Assembly (NCBI GenBank): GCA_964016885.1
Contig: OZ024740.1
Span: 214,024,001 to 214,088,000, forward strand
Length of the DNA stretch: 64,000 nucleotides
Direction of reading: 5' to 3'
Origin: Eledone cirrhosa
Taxonomy: Eukaryota
Both the position numbers and the translations under genes were made by a program. The notes under the pieces were generated by a model. It ran no database searches, was not told the DNA's origin, and was given only the letters and a program-made list of their open reading frames with translations. This document shows positions 12,506 to 25,157 of this stretch, in pieces (position 1 is the stretch's first letter; every line of letters starts with the position of its first letter).

Positions 12506-13017
12506 TAAATATAATTATATATATATATACATATATTTATATATATGTATATATAAATATATATTTATATATTTTCATTTATATAAATATATTTATATAT
12601 ATCTGTATAGAAATATATATATGGATATAATGTAATATCAGCGAAAATAAATAGGGTCCTCTTCTAGAAAGTTTGTTCATTCCACACCTGCACTTTTTTG
12701 CTAGCTTATCGGTACTTCCGCCCCCCCCCCCCCCCCCCCTTAACCCCCATCCCTCAGTGCTATCAAAAAGATTTATTGCATAAAATGGAAAAAACACAAC
12801 AACACAAAAACAACAGTAAAAAACAAAATAAAATTGAAGTAGAAAAACTGAGTGTTTTGTTGAAGAAGTGACATTCATTATGATGTATAAGAGCACCTGA
12901 TATACACGTGTTGAGTGCCCGCCTTAGGTGCCAGTGGATGGTGTCAGCCAGCAAATCTTAACCAATATAGCACGTGTTGAGTATCATGTTAGGTGTCACA
13001 CTGCTGTTCCAACCAAG

Positions 13018-13080
<63 letters not shown>

Positions 13081-13098
13081 TATATCATATATCATATA

Positions 13099-13179
<81 letters not shown>

Positions 13180-13192
13180 TATATATCATATA

Positions 13193-13250
<58 letters not shown>

Positions 13251-13265
13251 GTATATATATCATAT

Positions 13266-13322
<57 letters not shown>

Positions 13323-13371
13323 TATATATATATCATATATATATATATATATCATATATATATATATATAT

Positions 13372-13410
<39 letters not shown>

Positions 13411-13460
13411 TATATATATATATATATATATATCATATATATATATATATATATATCATA

Positions 13461-13500
<40 letters not shown>
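11923..13500. repeat. interrupted (TA)n microsatellite field
   Basis: Long (TA)n runs at 11923-12240, 12435-12630 and 13022-13500. Confidence 0.95.
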
Positions 13501-13501
<1 letters not shown>

Positions 13502-13869
13502 TCTTTTTGGCATATTCTGGCAGTGGTTTAGGGTTATCGAGTTGAGCTCTACTGATGAACGGTTCCAACCGTGACCATCCCCACTGAAAGTTTAGTGAAA
13601 TGGTCTTTTTAAGACTATATAGAGCATTTGAAAGTTTTCCAAATTGAAGGATCAGTATTTAAACTTTATTTTATTCAGCGTTAAGGCTCTATTGATTTTT
13701 CCCTGGATTTCACAAAATACTATGGATAAATCTATGTCTTGTTTTTTTAAAATTGAGTTTGAATTATTTTCCCACATCTTACGTTTATTATTTTCCATTT
13801 TGACGTTATAGTCACTTATATGTTATGAAATACTGTTGGCTTCACGCTCACAATAATTTCTATACTTTC

Positions 13870-13925
<56 letters not shown>

Positions 13926-14295
13926 CGGGGATAAAAAGAAAACAAACAAACAGGGTACATATAGAAAATATTACAATATTTGATGCAAAATTCTGCTGAT
14001 TTAAATAAAATCGGAATCTACTTAGACCAGAGCTATAAGAAGTAAATGGCAAACGGAAAATTGACTATAAATTCGATATAACAATAATCTAGAATAATCA
14101 ACCATTTAATGAGTTATTAATCTTTTATTAAGAAATAGAGTGGACAGTTGGCAGAAACGATAAAATATTGGACTAAATGTTTTACAACATCTTGTTTCAT
14201 GTCTTGGCTTTCTGATTTTACAACCAAACATAACTTTATTTACCTCCTTCTGGTATTACTTAGAATAAGCCATTATTATTATCACACACACACAT

Positions 14296-14334
<39 letters not shown>

Positions 14335-14446
14335 CAAGTGGCGTAAAAGTCACGTACGAGTAAAATAACATTAAAATATAATTGTCTTTCTTATATAGAC
14401 ACTTTCTCTAGTGATTACGGCGGTGCGTGACTTTTGGGCCACCTTG
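14335..14446. mobile_element. Tc1/mariner-type MITE
   Basis: Imperfect TIRs CAAGTGGCGTAAAAGTCACG / CGTGACTTTTGGGCCACCTTG, with TA on both sides. Confidence 0.7.
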
Positions 14447-14449
14447 TAT

Positions 14450-14480
<31 letters not shown>

Positions 14481-14487
14481 TATATAT

Positions 14488-14700
14488 ATATTATAAAGAA
14501 TCGGGAATCGGCAGATGAGCTCTTGCCGTTTCAACAGCAAGTTCCAGACGGATCAGTCTGGAACTAGCTGTGTAAACGGAAAGAGCTCAGCCGTCGGGTC
14601 CCAGCTCTTTATAATATAACCATACTCTACTACCCAAGTATCGAGTACACTGTTAAATAATGCAGGAATTATACCATGATATTCGTTGCCCTATGTTCAA
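14488..14700 (+). mobile_element. fold-back palindrome with hammerhead 3' half and GAGTAC tail (Penelope-like, decayed)
   Basis: Imperfect ~60-bp arms centred on GTTCCAGAC-GGATCA-GTCTGGAAC. The two-arm consensus is GAA-ACGGC-AAGAGCTCA-GCCGT-C. Tail is ACTCTACTACCCAAGTATCGAGTAC, and the element is preceded by (TA)n. Confidence 0.6.
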
Positions 14701-15007
14701 TATAAAACATCTACATAAAAATATTAGTTTTGTCCAGTGGTGTTGTTTTGAATAATACCCCCTTTTACAGTCAGCATATATAATACTTTGCCTATAGATG
14801 AAGCATTAGGTATGTTGTCAGTGAAGAAGGTACGACCAAAAAATTAAATTTGAATTTTTTATTTAAATTTTTGATAATGAAATAGTGTTTTATTATCAAC
14901 TTCAGAGACATGAGAGAGAATGTCGACCAAAGGGAGGTTTGAACTCACAAATATTTAATCCGATGCTCTACCATTTCTTCCTCTTTATAGTCTTTTATGT
15001 TTTTTTA

Positions 15008-15245
15008 AGGCGCATGGCTTAGTGGTCAGAGAGTTTGATTCGCAATTGTGAGGTTGCGAGTTCAATTCTCGGACTGGGTAATGCGTTGTGTCCTTGAGCA
15101 AGACACTTTATTTCACGCTGCTCCTTCTGCCGGTAGGTAGTATCAGCAATGGAAAGACCGTTGGAAACATTGTTTCCTTGGTCCGATTTGACGAGGTCCA
15201 CCCCACTCGGCAAGCGAGTGAGGTCTGGGATCTTGTCGATCGATC
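15008..15245 (+). mobile_element. SINE family B
   Basis: GGCTTAGTGGTCAGAG...GAGTTCAATTC...GTGTCCTTGAGCAAGACACTTTATTTCAC. Confidence 0.8.
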
Positions 15246-15429
15246 AGAGCGATGGTTTTAAAATTAATACTACTACTAAATTAACTATGACCTATATTGC
15301 TAAGGGTTTCTCTTGGACACTAAACATTGGGCTGTAAATATAGAACGATTTCTTTTATCATTCATATTGTTTACAGTGATGCGTAAACTACATTATAGTC
15401 TTAAAGAGCCACGTTTACGTTTAGGCGTT

Positions 15430-15783
15430 TAACTCTTCAGTGTCGTAAGGGCGCCGTCATAACATATAGTGTATCTTTGGTGTTTAAACCAGATGGAGCC
15501 CATTTCTCTCCAGGTCTCAACGCGGCTGATTTCTTCTTCTTCTTCTTCTTCTTCTTCTTCTAGAAAGAGATAGAAAGATAGAGAGAGAGATAGCGAGAGA
15601 GAGAGAAGGAGATAGATAGATAGAGAGGAAGAGAGAGATAGAGAGAAAATCAACTTGAGTGGTGGACTAGTACTTTGTTTATCGACCCTGAAGGAGGAAT
15701 GGTAAAGTTGATCACATCGGCCGAACCGAATACCGTAAAACATTCTATTTGACTTTCTAACGACTCTGCTGATTTCCTGCCTA

Positions 15784-15785
<2 letters not shown>
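15430..15785 (-). mobile_element. SINE variant A' with internal (TTC)n/(GA)n expansion
   Basis: Shares AAACCAGATGGAGCCCAT..CTCCAGGTCT and TTTATCGACCC with 8765-9080. Confidence 0.6.
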
Positions 15786-15858
<73 letters not shown>

Positions 15859-16034
15859 GTAGTAGCAGTAGCTACTCTATATTTGTTTTTGACAATACCC
15901 AATATATGTATCTTATTTACGTGAATACTCTTCTCTTTATCATAGTAAAAATATCGATCTGCCAATTGCTAGCGAGTGGTTGAATTGATAGGCGGTGAAC
16001 AAAATAGTTGGTAATATTTAGTTGATATTTATTT

Positions 16035-16325
16035 AGATTGGAAGAATTGGTAGAGCGTCGGATAAATGTGTTCCGGTTCTTTACGTTCTGAGTTCAAATC
16101 CCACCGATGTCAACTTTACCTTTCATTCTTACAAGGTCGCTAAAATAAAGCCAGTCAAGTACTGGAGTTGATTTTATTCAACTCCCCCCACAAATTGACT
16201 GGCCCTGTGTATAAATTAGAAATCAATATTTAGTTACGCCTCTTGTTTAGTTCAAATCTAGTGGAGGCCGATTTTCACCTTTCATCCTTCCGAGGTCGAT
16301 AAAATAAATTACTAGTTAAGTACAG
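16035..16325 (+). mobile_element. SINE family A, one copy plus a partial second core
   Basis: CTGAGTTCAAATCCCACCGATGTCAACTTTACCTTTCATTC; second core CCTTTCATCCTTCCGAGGTCGATAAAATAA at ~16278. Confidence 0.75.
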
Positions 16326-17289
16326 GCGCCGTATCCAGAACCCGTGACAATGTGCCTTACTTTAAATAAGAAAACATTTGTCAATAATTAAACGCGTTAT
16401 TGACATTCTATTTGTGAAGCATTGTTATCTTTTCAAGCGTGTGGTACTTATTACTTCTCATGAAGAACTTATCAAGGTATATTGACTCTTTCTTATGCAC
16501 TGCATGACCGAATTATCTTGCTTGTTAATTTGATAGGAAAGATTTCGATATCATTCAGTGTCAATGAATGTTACGGCTGTTAACTTTTATTATACCATGA
16601 AAAGCTACATATGCTGCGTGTGCAGAGTTTATTGAATCTACAGAGGACATGCATTTGCCTTTTGTACGGTAACTATAGAAGCTGGACCACACAGTAGACA
16701 GCTTGGTATATAGCACCATGTTATGATTATATCACACACCGTGAGAAAGCCTAAGGTAAGGTTAGCTTTAGCTTTCTCTGCTCATAGTTTCATCCTTAAC
16801 GGCACTGTTGTTAGATGCTATAATTATTCCAGTAGACTTAAATTGAGTTCTTGAAATGCATTATCAAGTGCAGCTCTTTGTGCCTCTGGTTCATGCAAGG
16901 TTTTTATTTCTTTATTTATTTTTGTATTGAAAGTACACAATGTAGCATATGTGCATTCTAATTTCTATGTGGTTGTGTATAAGTCCTTTGTTGTGTATTT
17001 GTTGTCATAGTTCTCTTAAAATTCTTAAGGCACCTAATGAATATTATTTAAGTTTCAATCTCCAGCTTCTGACTGTCCACGACCAAGAGGCAGAGACTCC
17101 CATACCAGCAGTCCCACCTCATTATCTTGCAATTATGAGAACCGAATTAAGGTTGAAGAGGATTGGAAAACTCTGACTGGCCACAAAAAAAAAATGATGT
17201 AACTAGACCAAAAAATCGAAAGAACGAAACTAAACTAAACAAAAGGAAGAGACCATCTACAGCCAAACGACATTTAACTCACACTTAAC

Positions 17290-18030
17290 TTCCTGATGGA
17301 ACTGCTTAAAGAGCTGGAGCGAGACCATGTAGACGATGTACTGACTGGAGAGAACCAGGAGTGGTTAGAGTGTAATTTCTATATTTTTTAAAAGATACGT
17401 TATCGTAAATAGCGACTAAGTCTAATACTTTAATTGGAAAGAACTTCTTTCTTTGAGTTCTTGATAACAATATCCGACCGGTTGTCTTTCTTCTCTCTGT
17501 TCGTGCGGTTTCCTTTTGCATACATATATATAGACATATCCCAGAGTTCGGTTGTTTTGTCATTCGGAGAAACTCCTTCTGTTATAAATTTATACAAACT
17601 TTTATCTGTTGGTATTTCATAATTCTGTCATAGTTTCCAGTTTATGTAAAGCCCTGTATTCTTTCTTGGCTAAGACTAGGGAGTTAATACTTTCTTCTCT
17701 GTTTACTCATATTTTGTAGCTACTGTATCCTACTTCAGTGCGTGACTTTGGTGGGAAGTCTTTGATCACGTGCAGCAAACAAGAATCGTTCAATCTCAGG
17801 TTTGAGTTCTGTGCTTCTTAGCAAATGTTGCTGCCATTTTTCATTCTCTATTTTCATTAGGTTCATTCTTGTTACTTGCCATTGCTTTAGCATGGAATTC
17901 TCTGTAGTTTTACTTTAGATTTCAGCCATTCCACAATTTCTGTTGTATATTTTTCTCCGCATAACAACCTATTAGGCTCCATCTTCATTTTTTGTAGCAA
18001 TCTGTATTAATTTCTCAATTTTCTTTATTG
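17290..18030 (-). pseudogene. decayed R4/Dong-type (REL endonuclease) non-LTR retrotransposon 3' region
   Basis: Minus-strand translations LKPEIERFLFAARDQRLPT, INWKL*QNYEIPTDK and TNREKKDNRSDIVIKN resemble R4/Dong consensus motifs (LKAETEG.I.AAQDQ.L.T, HWK.C..Y.I, TDR.I.ANRPDIVI). Confidence 0.7.
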
Positions 18031-18157
18031 CGTAATTTTGTAGATATACAGTGAGTATATTATAAAAGGTATTTCGTTGCAGCCAAATATAGTTTATATC
18101 TCTATAGCACCAAACCAAACATAACATTATTTTCTTCCTCCCAATAATTACTAAAAT

Positions 18158-18175
18158 AAGCCACTTCTATTAATA

Positions 18176-18235
<60 letters not shown>

Positions 18236-18258
18236 GTGATATTAATAAAAGTGGTTTC
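18158..18258. repeat. inverted repeat around a (CA)n core
   Basis: AAGCCACTTCTATTAATATCACA-(CA)n-TGTGATATTAATAAAAGTGGTTT. Confidence 0.8.
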
Positions 18259-18650
18259 TATATTATACAATGAAGTTATGATAATACTTTCAACTAGCAA
18301 TAACCATGCTTCAGATAAACCTCATTGATTTTAGTACCACTTCTGAGCAAAGCAAATAATAATGATGGTTTCTAATGGAGGCCCAAGGCCAGCAATTTAG
18401 GGGCAGGATGTGTCAATTCCATCGACCCCAGTGTTTGATAAAAGGATGAAAAATAGTTATATTACCTATATACTATACACAAGCCATGTAGTGTGTGTGT
18501 GTGTATATATATATATATCCGTACACTTAATTATGCATAGTGTATGCAACAGTCGATCGACTTTCGTCAAATCGGACCGAGGAAACACTCTTTCCGTTGG
18601 TCTTTCCAGTTGCTAATACTATCTATGGGTCGCAATATAACCATCTGTCA

Positions 18651-18889
<239 letters not shown>

Positions 18890-18890
18890 A

Positions 18891-18943
<53 letters not shown>

Positions 18944-19674
18944 AGGGGAGAGAGAGAAACTAGAATCAACTTCAGTATTTATCTAACTCGAAAGTTGATT
19001 TGATGATTTAGGCGGGATTTGAAATGAGTTCCGTGAGACTTTATACTGGACTCTATAACGACTCTGCCAATTTGGCGCCTTTAAAAAACGTACTTGTTAA
19101 GTATTATGGCTAATCTTAGATACAGTGAATATATTATAATTGTTATCTTGTTACATAAGACTCCTTTATTTGTGCTAAATAAAACGTTTTATATGACATT
19201 ATATGTGGTACTGGAAATGCTATAATTACATTGTTTTTTCTGTCTAGACATGGTATTTCATTTACTTCACACTTGGGAATATTATATCATGTTTTACTAT
19301 AATAGAATATTGATACAAAGTATATTACACTTTCTGGAAATAGTACGGAGAGCAGTTTTGCTTACCTTGTTGCATCTCTAACTAGATTCACGCCTAATAA
19401 TTTTTCGGGTTCAGATTCCACTGAGGCTGCTTTATGTCTTTCAACCTTCCATATTTTATTAAGGAGCCCTTCAGTATTGGGGTCATTCTAATCCACTTTG
19501 TTCTTCTCGCAAAATACAAAATACGTGAGCCTTTGCCCACCTTAGAAATCACTGTTATTATGAATTGGTGGAATTAGCAGAATTGGTTCGGTAGGGTGAT
19601 ATACATGGAGTGCTTCACAGAAATAACAAAGCAAACGACACAATGAAGAAATATATTAGTTTAACGCTTGAAAT

Positions 19675-19891
19675 GATTTCTTATATAGGCACAAGACCAG
19701 CAATTTTTGTGGGAGGGAAAAGTCGATTAAATCAACCCCAGTGCGTGACTGCTACTTTGTTTTATCGACCCCCGTAAGGATAAAAGGCAAAGTTAACCTC
19801 GGCGGGATTTGAACTCAGAACGTAAAGAGACGTAACTATGTCGCGAAGCAAGGCGTCCGACTCTCTACCGGTCCTGCCAATCCACCGCCCT
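19675..19891 (-). mobile_element. SINE family A
   Basis: Full head, core and tail; ends at GCCAATCCACCGCC. Confidence 0.9.
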
Positions 19892-19935
19892 TGAAATAAT
19901 AGGAAAAGTGTATTAACGTTTCGGACACACATGCT

Positions 19936-20046
<111 letters not shown>

Positions 20047-20052
20047 ATATAT

Positions 20053-20257
20053 ATATAGATGAGATTATACAGGACTAGAACTGTTTCATTCTTTAGAAAT
20101 CATCAGGAATCGCTGATGATTTTGGAATTCCTGATGATTTCTAAAGAATGAAACAGTTCTAGTCCTGTAGAATCTCATCTATATTAAAACTTTTCTACTC
20201 TGCAATGCATTGAGTACCTTACTTACTGTGGTTACCTCCGATTCAACCCGGAATAAC

Positions 20258-20258
<1 letters not shown>
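20053..20258 (+). mobile_element. fold-back palindrome plus tail inserted in (TA)n (putative non-autonomous Penelope-like element)
   Basis: ~58-bp arms at 20053-20110 and 20127-20184 with one mismatch. One-sided tail TTTTCTACTCTGCAATGCATTGAGTACC...CCCGGAATAAC, and (TA)n on both flanks. Confidence 0.75.
20127..20173 (+). ncRNA. type I hammerhead ribozyme motif
   Basis: ATTC-CTGATGA-[T-TTC-TAAA-GAA-T]-GAA-ACAG-ttctagtc-CTGT-A-GAAT. The core CUGAUGA/GAA is intact, stem I is 4 bp, stem III is 4 bp, and there is a GUA cleavage triplet (cut after 20169). Stem II closes with a U.U pair. Confidence 0.7.
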
Positions 20259-20315
<57 letters not shown>

Positions 20316-20711
20316 GAATAAACAAGAGAGATAAACACTAATATAAACATATATGTGTTCGAATCGTAAGGACCAAATTTGCTGGGGTGAAAAAATACTA
20401 ACTACAGCAATATGGTTTGTTATCCTTAACTTTAAATATTAAATTAAGAAAAATAACAGACCTATATTGGGCAAAACGCCTGGTAACAACTAGACAGTTT
20501 TGGAGACTGTTTCGCAACGACTTATTAAGTGAAGTTCCCACGTTTCTCTGCTCCTCAGTAGTTGTTGAGAAATTAGAGAATGAATTGTGTACGATATGAA
20601 TTATCGCACGTGTCATTCGGAACCCAGCTTGTCTCGAAATTCCCTGCCGCTAAAAATAGCAGCCTGGCTGACAGGACATTAAAAATTAACTCTACATGAT
20701 GGAGCCGACAA

Positions 20712-20873
20712 ATATATATTGAGTTAAGAACTCAGAGTAGTCTCTTACAATTAAATAGCTCTCAGAAAAAAGCTTGTTTATTCAATTATAAATTATATTG
20801 TACGGCTCAGAAAAGCTTATTTCTTAGAGGTATTTAATTGTAAGAGACTACTCTGAGTCCTTAACTCAATATA
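20712..20873. mobile_element. MITE-like long inverted repeat
   Basis: ATATATTGAGTTAAGAACTCAGAGTAGTCTCTTACAATTAAATA ... TATTTAATTGTAAGAGACTACTCTGAGTCCTTAACTCAATATAT, with TA-rich flanks. Confidence 0.8.
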
Positions 20874-20896
20874 TATATATATATATATATATATTT

Positions 20897-20970
20897 AATA
20901 TAGAAAAGGCTTCTACAGGACGAGTACCTTACTTACTGTGGTTACCCCCGATTGAACCCGGGATAAACCT
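20897..20970 (+). mobile_element. internally deleted copy of the 20053-20258 family
   Basis: Left-arm stub ATATAGAAAAGGCTTCTACAGGAC is joined directly to the tail GAGTACCTTACTTACTGTGGTTACCCCCGATTGAACCCGGGATAAAC; (TA)n flanks. Confidence 0.75.
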
Positions 20971-21012
20971 ATATATATATATATAAATATATATTTATTA
21001 AAATAACATTAA

Positions 21013-21063
21013 AGTTTAAGCAAAGAATCGCTGCTTTCACCCTTAACGGGATCTTCTGAAACT
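21013..21063 (-). ncRNA. degenerate type I hammerhead ribozyme motif
   Basis: Minus strand reads AGTTT-CAGAAGA-[T-CCC-GTTAA-GGG-T]-GAA-AGCA-gcgattctt-TGCT-T-AAACT. All three stems pair, but core U4 is A and position 17 is U. It lies between TA-rich tracts. Confidence 0.55.
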
Positions 21064-21381
21064 AACAATATATATATATATATATTTGTGTGTGTGAGAT
21101 TATAAATACTGAAGGATGTCTCTAGCAAAGGTGTTTTGCAGTGAGAGTCTGAACTATGTAGTCTCACAGCAACAGTCTTAACCACACAAACTATCAAACT
21201 ATGCGGACGCATTTTTTAACAAATCACAAACTCATTATTTCGTACTTTGAAATAACACACGACGCTTTAACACACATATACAAACACTTATTAAAATAGG
21301 ACAGTTGGATATGTTCATAGAATTGGATTTTGGTAACACTTTCCCAGTGTTGTTGTTCGAACCCTTGGTCAGAAAGAGAGT

Positions 21382-21459
<78 letters not shown>

Positions 21460-21531
21460 TAGAGATAGATAGATAGATCGATAGAGTGAGAAAGATAGAG
21501 ATAGATAGATAAATCGATAGAGAGAGAAAGA

Positions 21532-21567
<36 letters not shown>

Positions 21568-24058
21568 AAGAGAGAGAAACAGAGAGAGAGGGAGAGAGAG
21601 AGAGAGAGAGAGAACAGCAGTTTCCTTATCAGTACTTGCCAGTGAACAATTTGTTGACTGTGTATTGAACCTATAAGGCCGCGGGCATCTCCTCTTAACT
21701 GTTTGTTAGGTCTCACTCCAGGGCGCAAATAGGCGTAAAAAGCCAGCAGCAATATATTTAACAAAGCTCTTGTGTAACCAGTAAATTTGAAATATTAGTG
21801 TTAGGGTTTATACTTTCAATGACAAACTCTAGAGTAAAACTGTGATAAAAGTAAGAATTGAATTTTTCACTTAGCCAAATTTGAAGACAAAAGATTTTTT
21901 ATTTATATTACGAAATAAATAAATATAGAAAACAAAATGAAAAAAATGACAGTGACAAATTTGTGTAACAATTAAGAATTTATTTTTTTAGACTAGTCAA
22001 TGTATTCTTGAGGCACTTTGCCTCTAGTGAGATTCATATACATACGATCACTTTATGACTAAAGAAAGCTAGGAGAGAAGATAAACGGCCAGAGGCTATA
22101 TAGAAAATAAGGCTACAGAGAATCGTTTCAGAGAAATACTAGAGCGATTAAAACTGAAGATAATGTTATTCTTAGAAATCAGTTCATTAATTTTTTTGAG
22201 GAGTTTAAATAAGAGTAAAGACGCTTTTATTTCTGACTGTTTTTATTTTCTCTTCAAATGTTTTGTCTTTTTTTCTCGATGTTGTTAACAAGTTATTAAG
22301 TGACTTCTGTTCAAAATTCGAATCGTCTTTAACAAAAGGACACTCTTAAATAGAAACTTCTGCGTGATAGATACCATCTTTCACTTTACTAATTCTTCGT
22401 GTTTTCTCTTGAAAAGAAAGGAACAAATTTTTTCTTTCAAATGTTATGCAAATTAATTGGAGAGTTTTGAATGAACAGAATTTCCAATATATTTAGTTCT
22501 GATAATGTTAGGTTTTAATCGGTTTGAGTTATTAACTAGTGGAACTAAAGATAAACCGGGAGATTAAACACGTTTATATGGATGGATTTCGATTTGCATT
22601 GAACTTCAGCATATTATACTGAGTTATTAACAACCAAGGGTCCTCCTTAGATTTCGAAGATGAGCATTCAATTATTCTATCATACTCGTTAAATTAACCT
22701 GTTAGTGGCTGGTTATTCAACAAACACGTGTACTATTAATATAATTCTTAGTCTGCGTAGAGCAAGACTGACCATTTGAATTACAAAACACAATCAATTC
22801 TACATGCTTTCATACAGTTTCTGCTTACCCAGTTTCATTCACAGGCTGGGTACATCCGACGTTATGGTAAAAGACACTTTCCGAAGACGCTATGCTGTGG
22901 AATCAAACACGGAAGTTTATGATTAACCCTTCAATCATGCATGCTTCCTCGCATATTAACAGTAACTGAATCCTGTCACATATATATTTGAGGAGATATG
23001 CAGTCGTTCGATTGGTTAAGATGACGTATCAGCTGTAGGGTTGATGGTTCGTACTCTGTCACCTGTACTATACCGAAACCTTGCAAAAACATCTGACTGT
23101 CACTTATCTAATCAACATAGATGTAATTAGCTGAAATGTGGAATGTAGCTCATCACTTCAACCCGGTTTCCATTTGTGGTCGAAATCGTTTCAGTTAAGT
23201 TTTAGTCCATATGCTTTTGAGAAAGAAAAACCTGCTACAAAACACTAACTCTTTGCATATTATTAGAAAGAAATTAATATCTGAAGCCTTGTGTTAACAA
23301 CTATGGAGTTGCGATAAACGCTTAAAACATCGAATATTAAGCCGCTGCAATCTAATTCTGCTAATAGAACAGTACCAGAGCCAAATTGTTTTAGTAAATT
23401 TTGTTTATGTTTTGTTTTGCGCGTGATGTAATTCAAAAGCTTTCCATGAAAAACAACAACAAATCCAAAAATTTAATTGAATACAAATCAAAATAATTAA
23501 AGATTATTATTTAGAAAATGTTTAGGTTTTAGTAAACCATATAAACACGTAAGAAATTTAATTATATTATCTTGAAGAATTTTCAGACAAAAATGTGTTG
23601 CGAAACTATTTATTTGAACACTGATAGAATATTTTCCAAATATCTTAATATGGTAATTTGTTATGGCATTAATTAATATAACCACTGCTAATATTCTCTC
23701 CTTTTGATTTCCTTCCTCAAGATATCGTCATTAAATACTCCCCACCCCAACCTACACTGCAAAGAATCTGAAGTAGAAATTACATTTAGTAACTGAATCC
23801 AATTAAATCTATCAAATTTATACATTCTATATAACCCTTTAATCTCAATCTAATTAAGAACTTGATTGAAACAACGTTGTTCAAACTGCTTAGTTAGAAG
23901 TTGTGTGACGTAACAAAGTGCCCCTTGGCAAGTTTAACTAATATATATATGTGTGTGTGTGTTGCGTACATATGCATGTGCTCCCATGTGCGTGTTTGTG
24001 CATCAACCCTGATACCATAATACCACCGCAGTTTTACCTCACAGGAACTGACCCCCCC

Positions 24059-24386
<328 letters not shown>

Positions 24387-25157
24387 TTGAAAAAAGAAAC
24401 GAAATTTCAGAGAGCCGATTGAAATTCTGTGGGAAAAGTCCATGTGATAGACCAAGGGCTGTCAAACACAATACATTAAAGTCAGTTCCGCCTCGCAGAA
24501 CAAGCATGAGATATGCAAATATTTACCGTGTGAACGCTAAAGAAAAGATACAAATTTTATAAAGCTTAGATAAGCAGGGAAGAGTTTACTTATTTTCTTA
24601 ACTGGAAAATTCGAAATTAAGTAGAAAGGTTTTTCAACATAATTTAAGGCTTGTTTAAACCACTTGAAAAAAAATTCTGCATTGTATTATTAACTCTCGA
24701 ACTCCTTTGAGACTGTGCTTCGAGGCTGGCGTGTCTTTACAACTGCTTCGCATGAAACAAAATGTGCAGTCGAAAACCCCCTTGAAATTCGGCACCTGTT
24801 TACTCTTAAACAAATCCAAGAGTGTTGTAGAAAGCTGGAAAGCAAGGATTACAAAGTAGGTTTGAACTAACCAAAGATAATAGGAAAAGACATTTACGCT
24901 GCATCCGCTTGTTGTCGTGACAAGATGACGCCATCTTTCCAAGCTCTGCCGAGTTTACTCTCTTATATTTCTTTCTTGACATCTTAAGCAAGTTTAGAAA
25001 AATTAGCAAAACAGCAGGCATGCTCACCTTCTGTCATGCAGAAACGAAACATACGTGCACAAACCTATATCACATGTGAGAGGAAATTACACGTGCACCG
25101 AGGGGCGACAGCAGCGAATTTCCCTTCCTTTTCAGATCAGCTTGTCTAAGGTAGTGG

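Noticed and set aside
13545-13600. CTGATGA-ACGG-ttccaa-CCGT as a hammerhead
   Set aside because: It is followed by GACC rather than GAAA, and stems I and III are absent.
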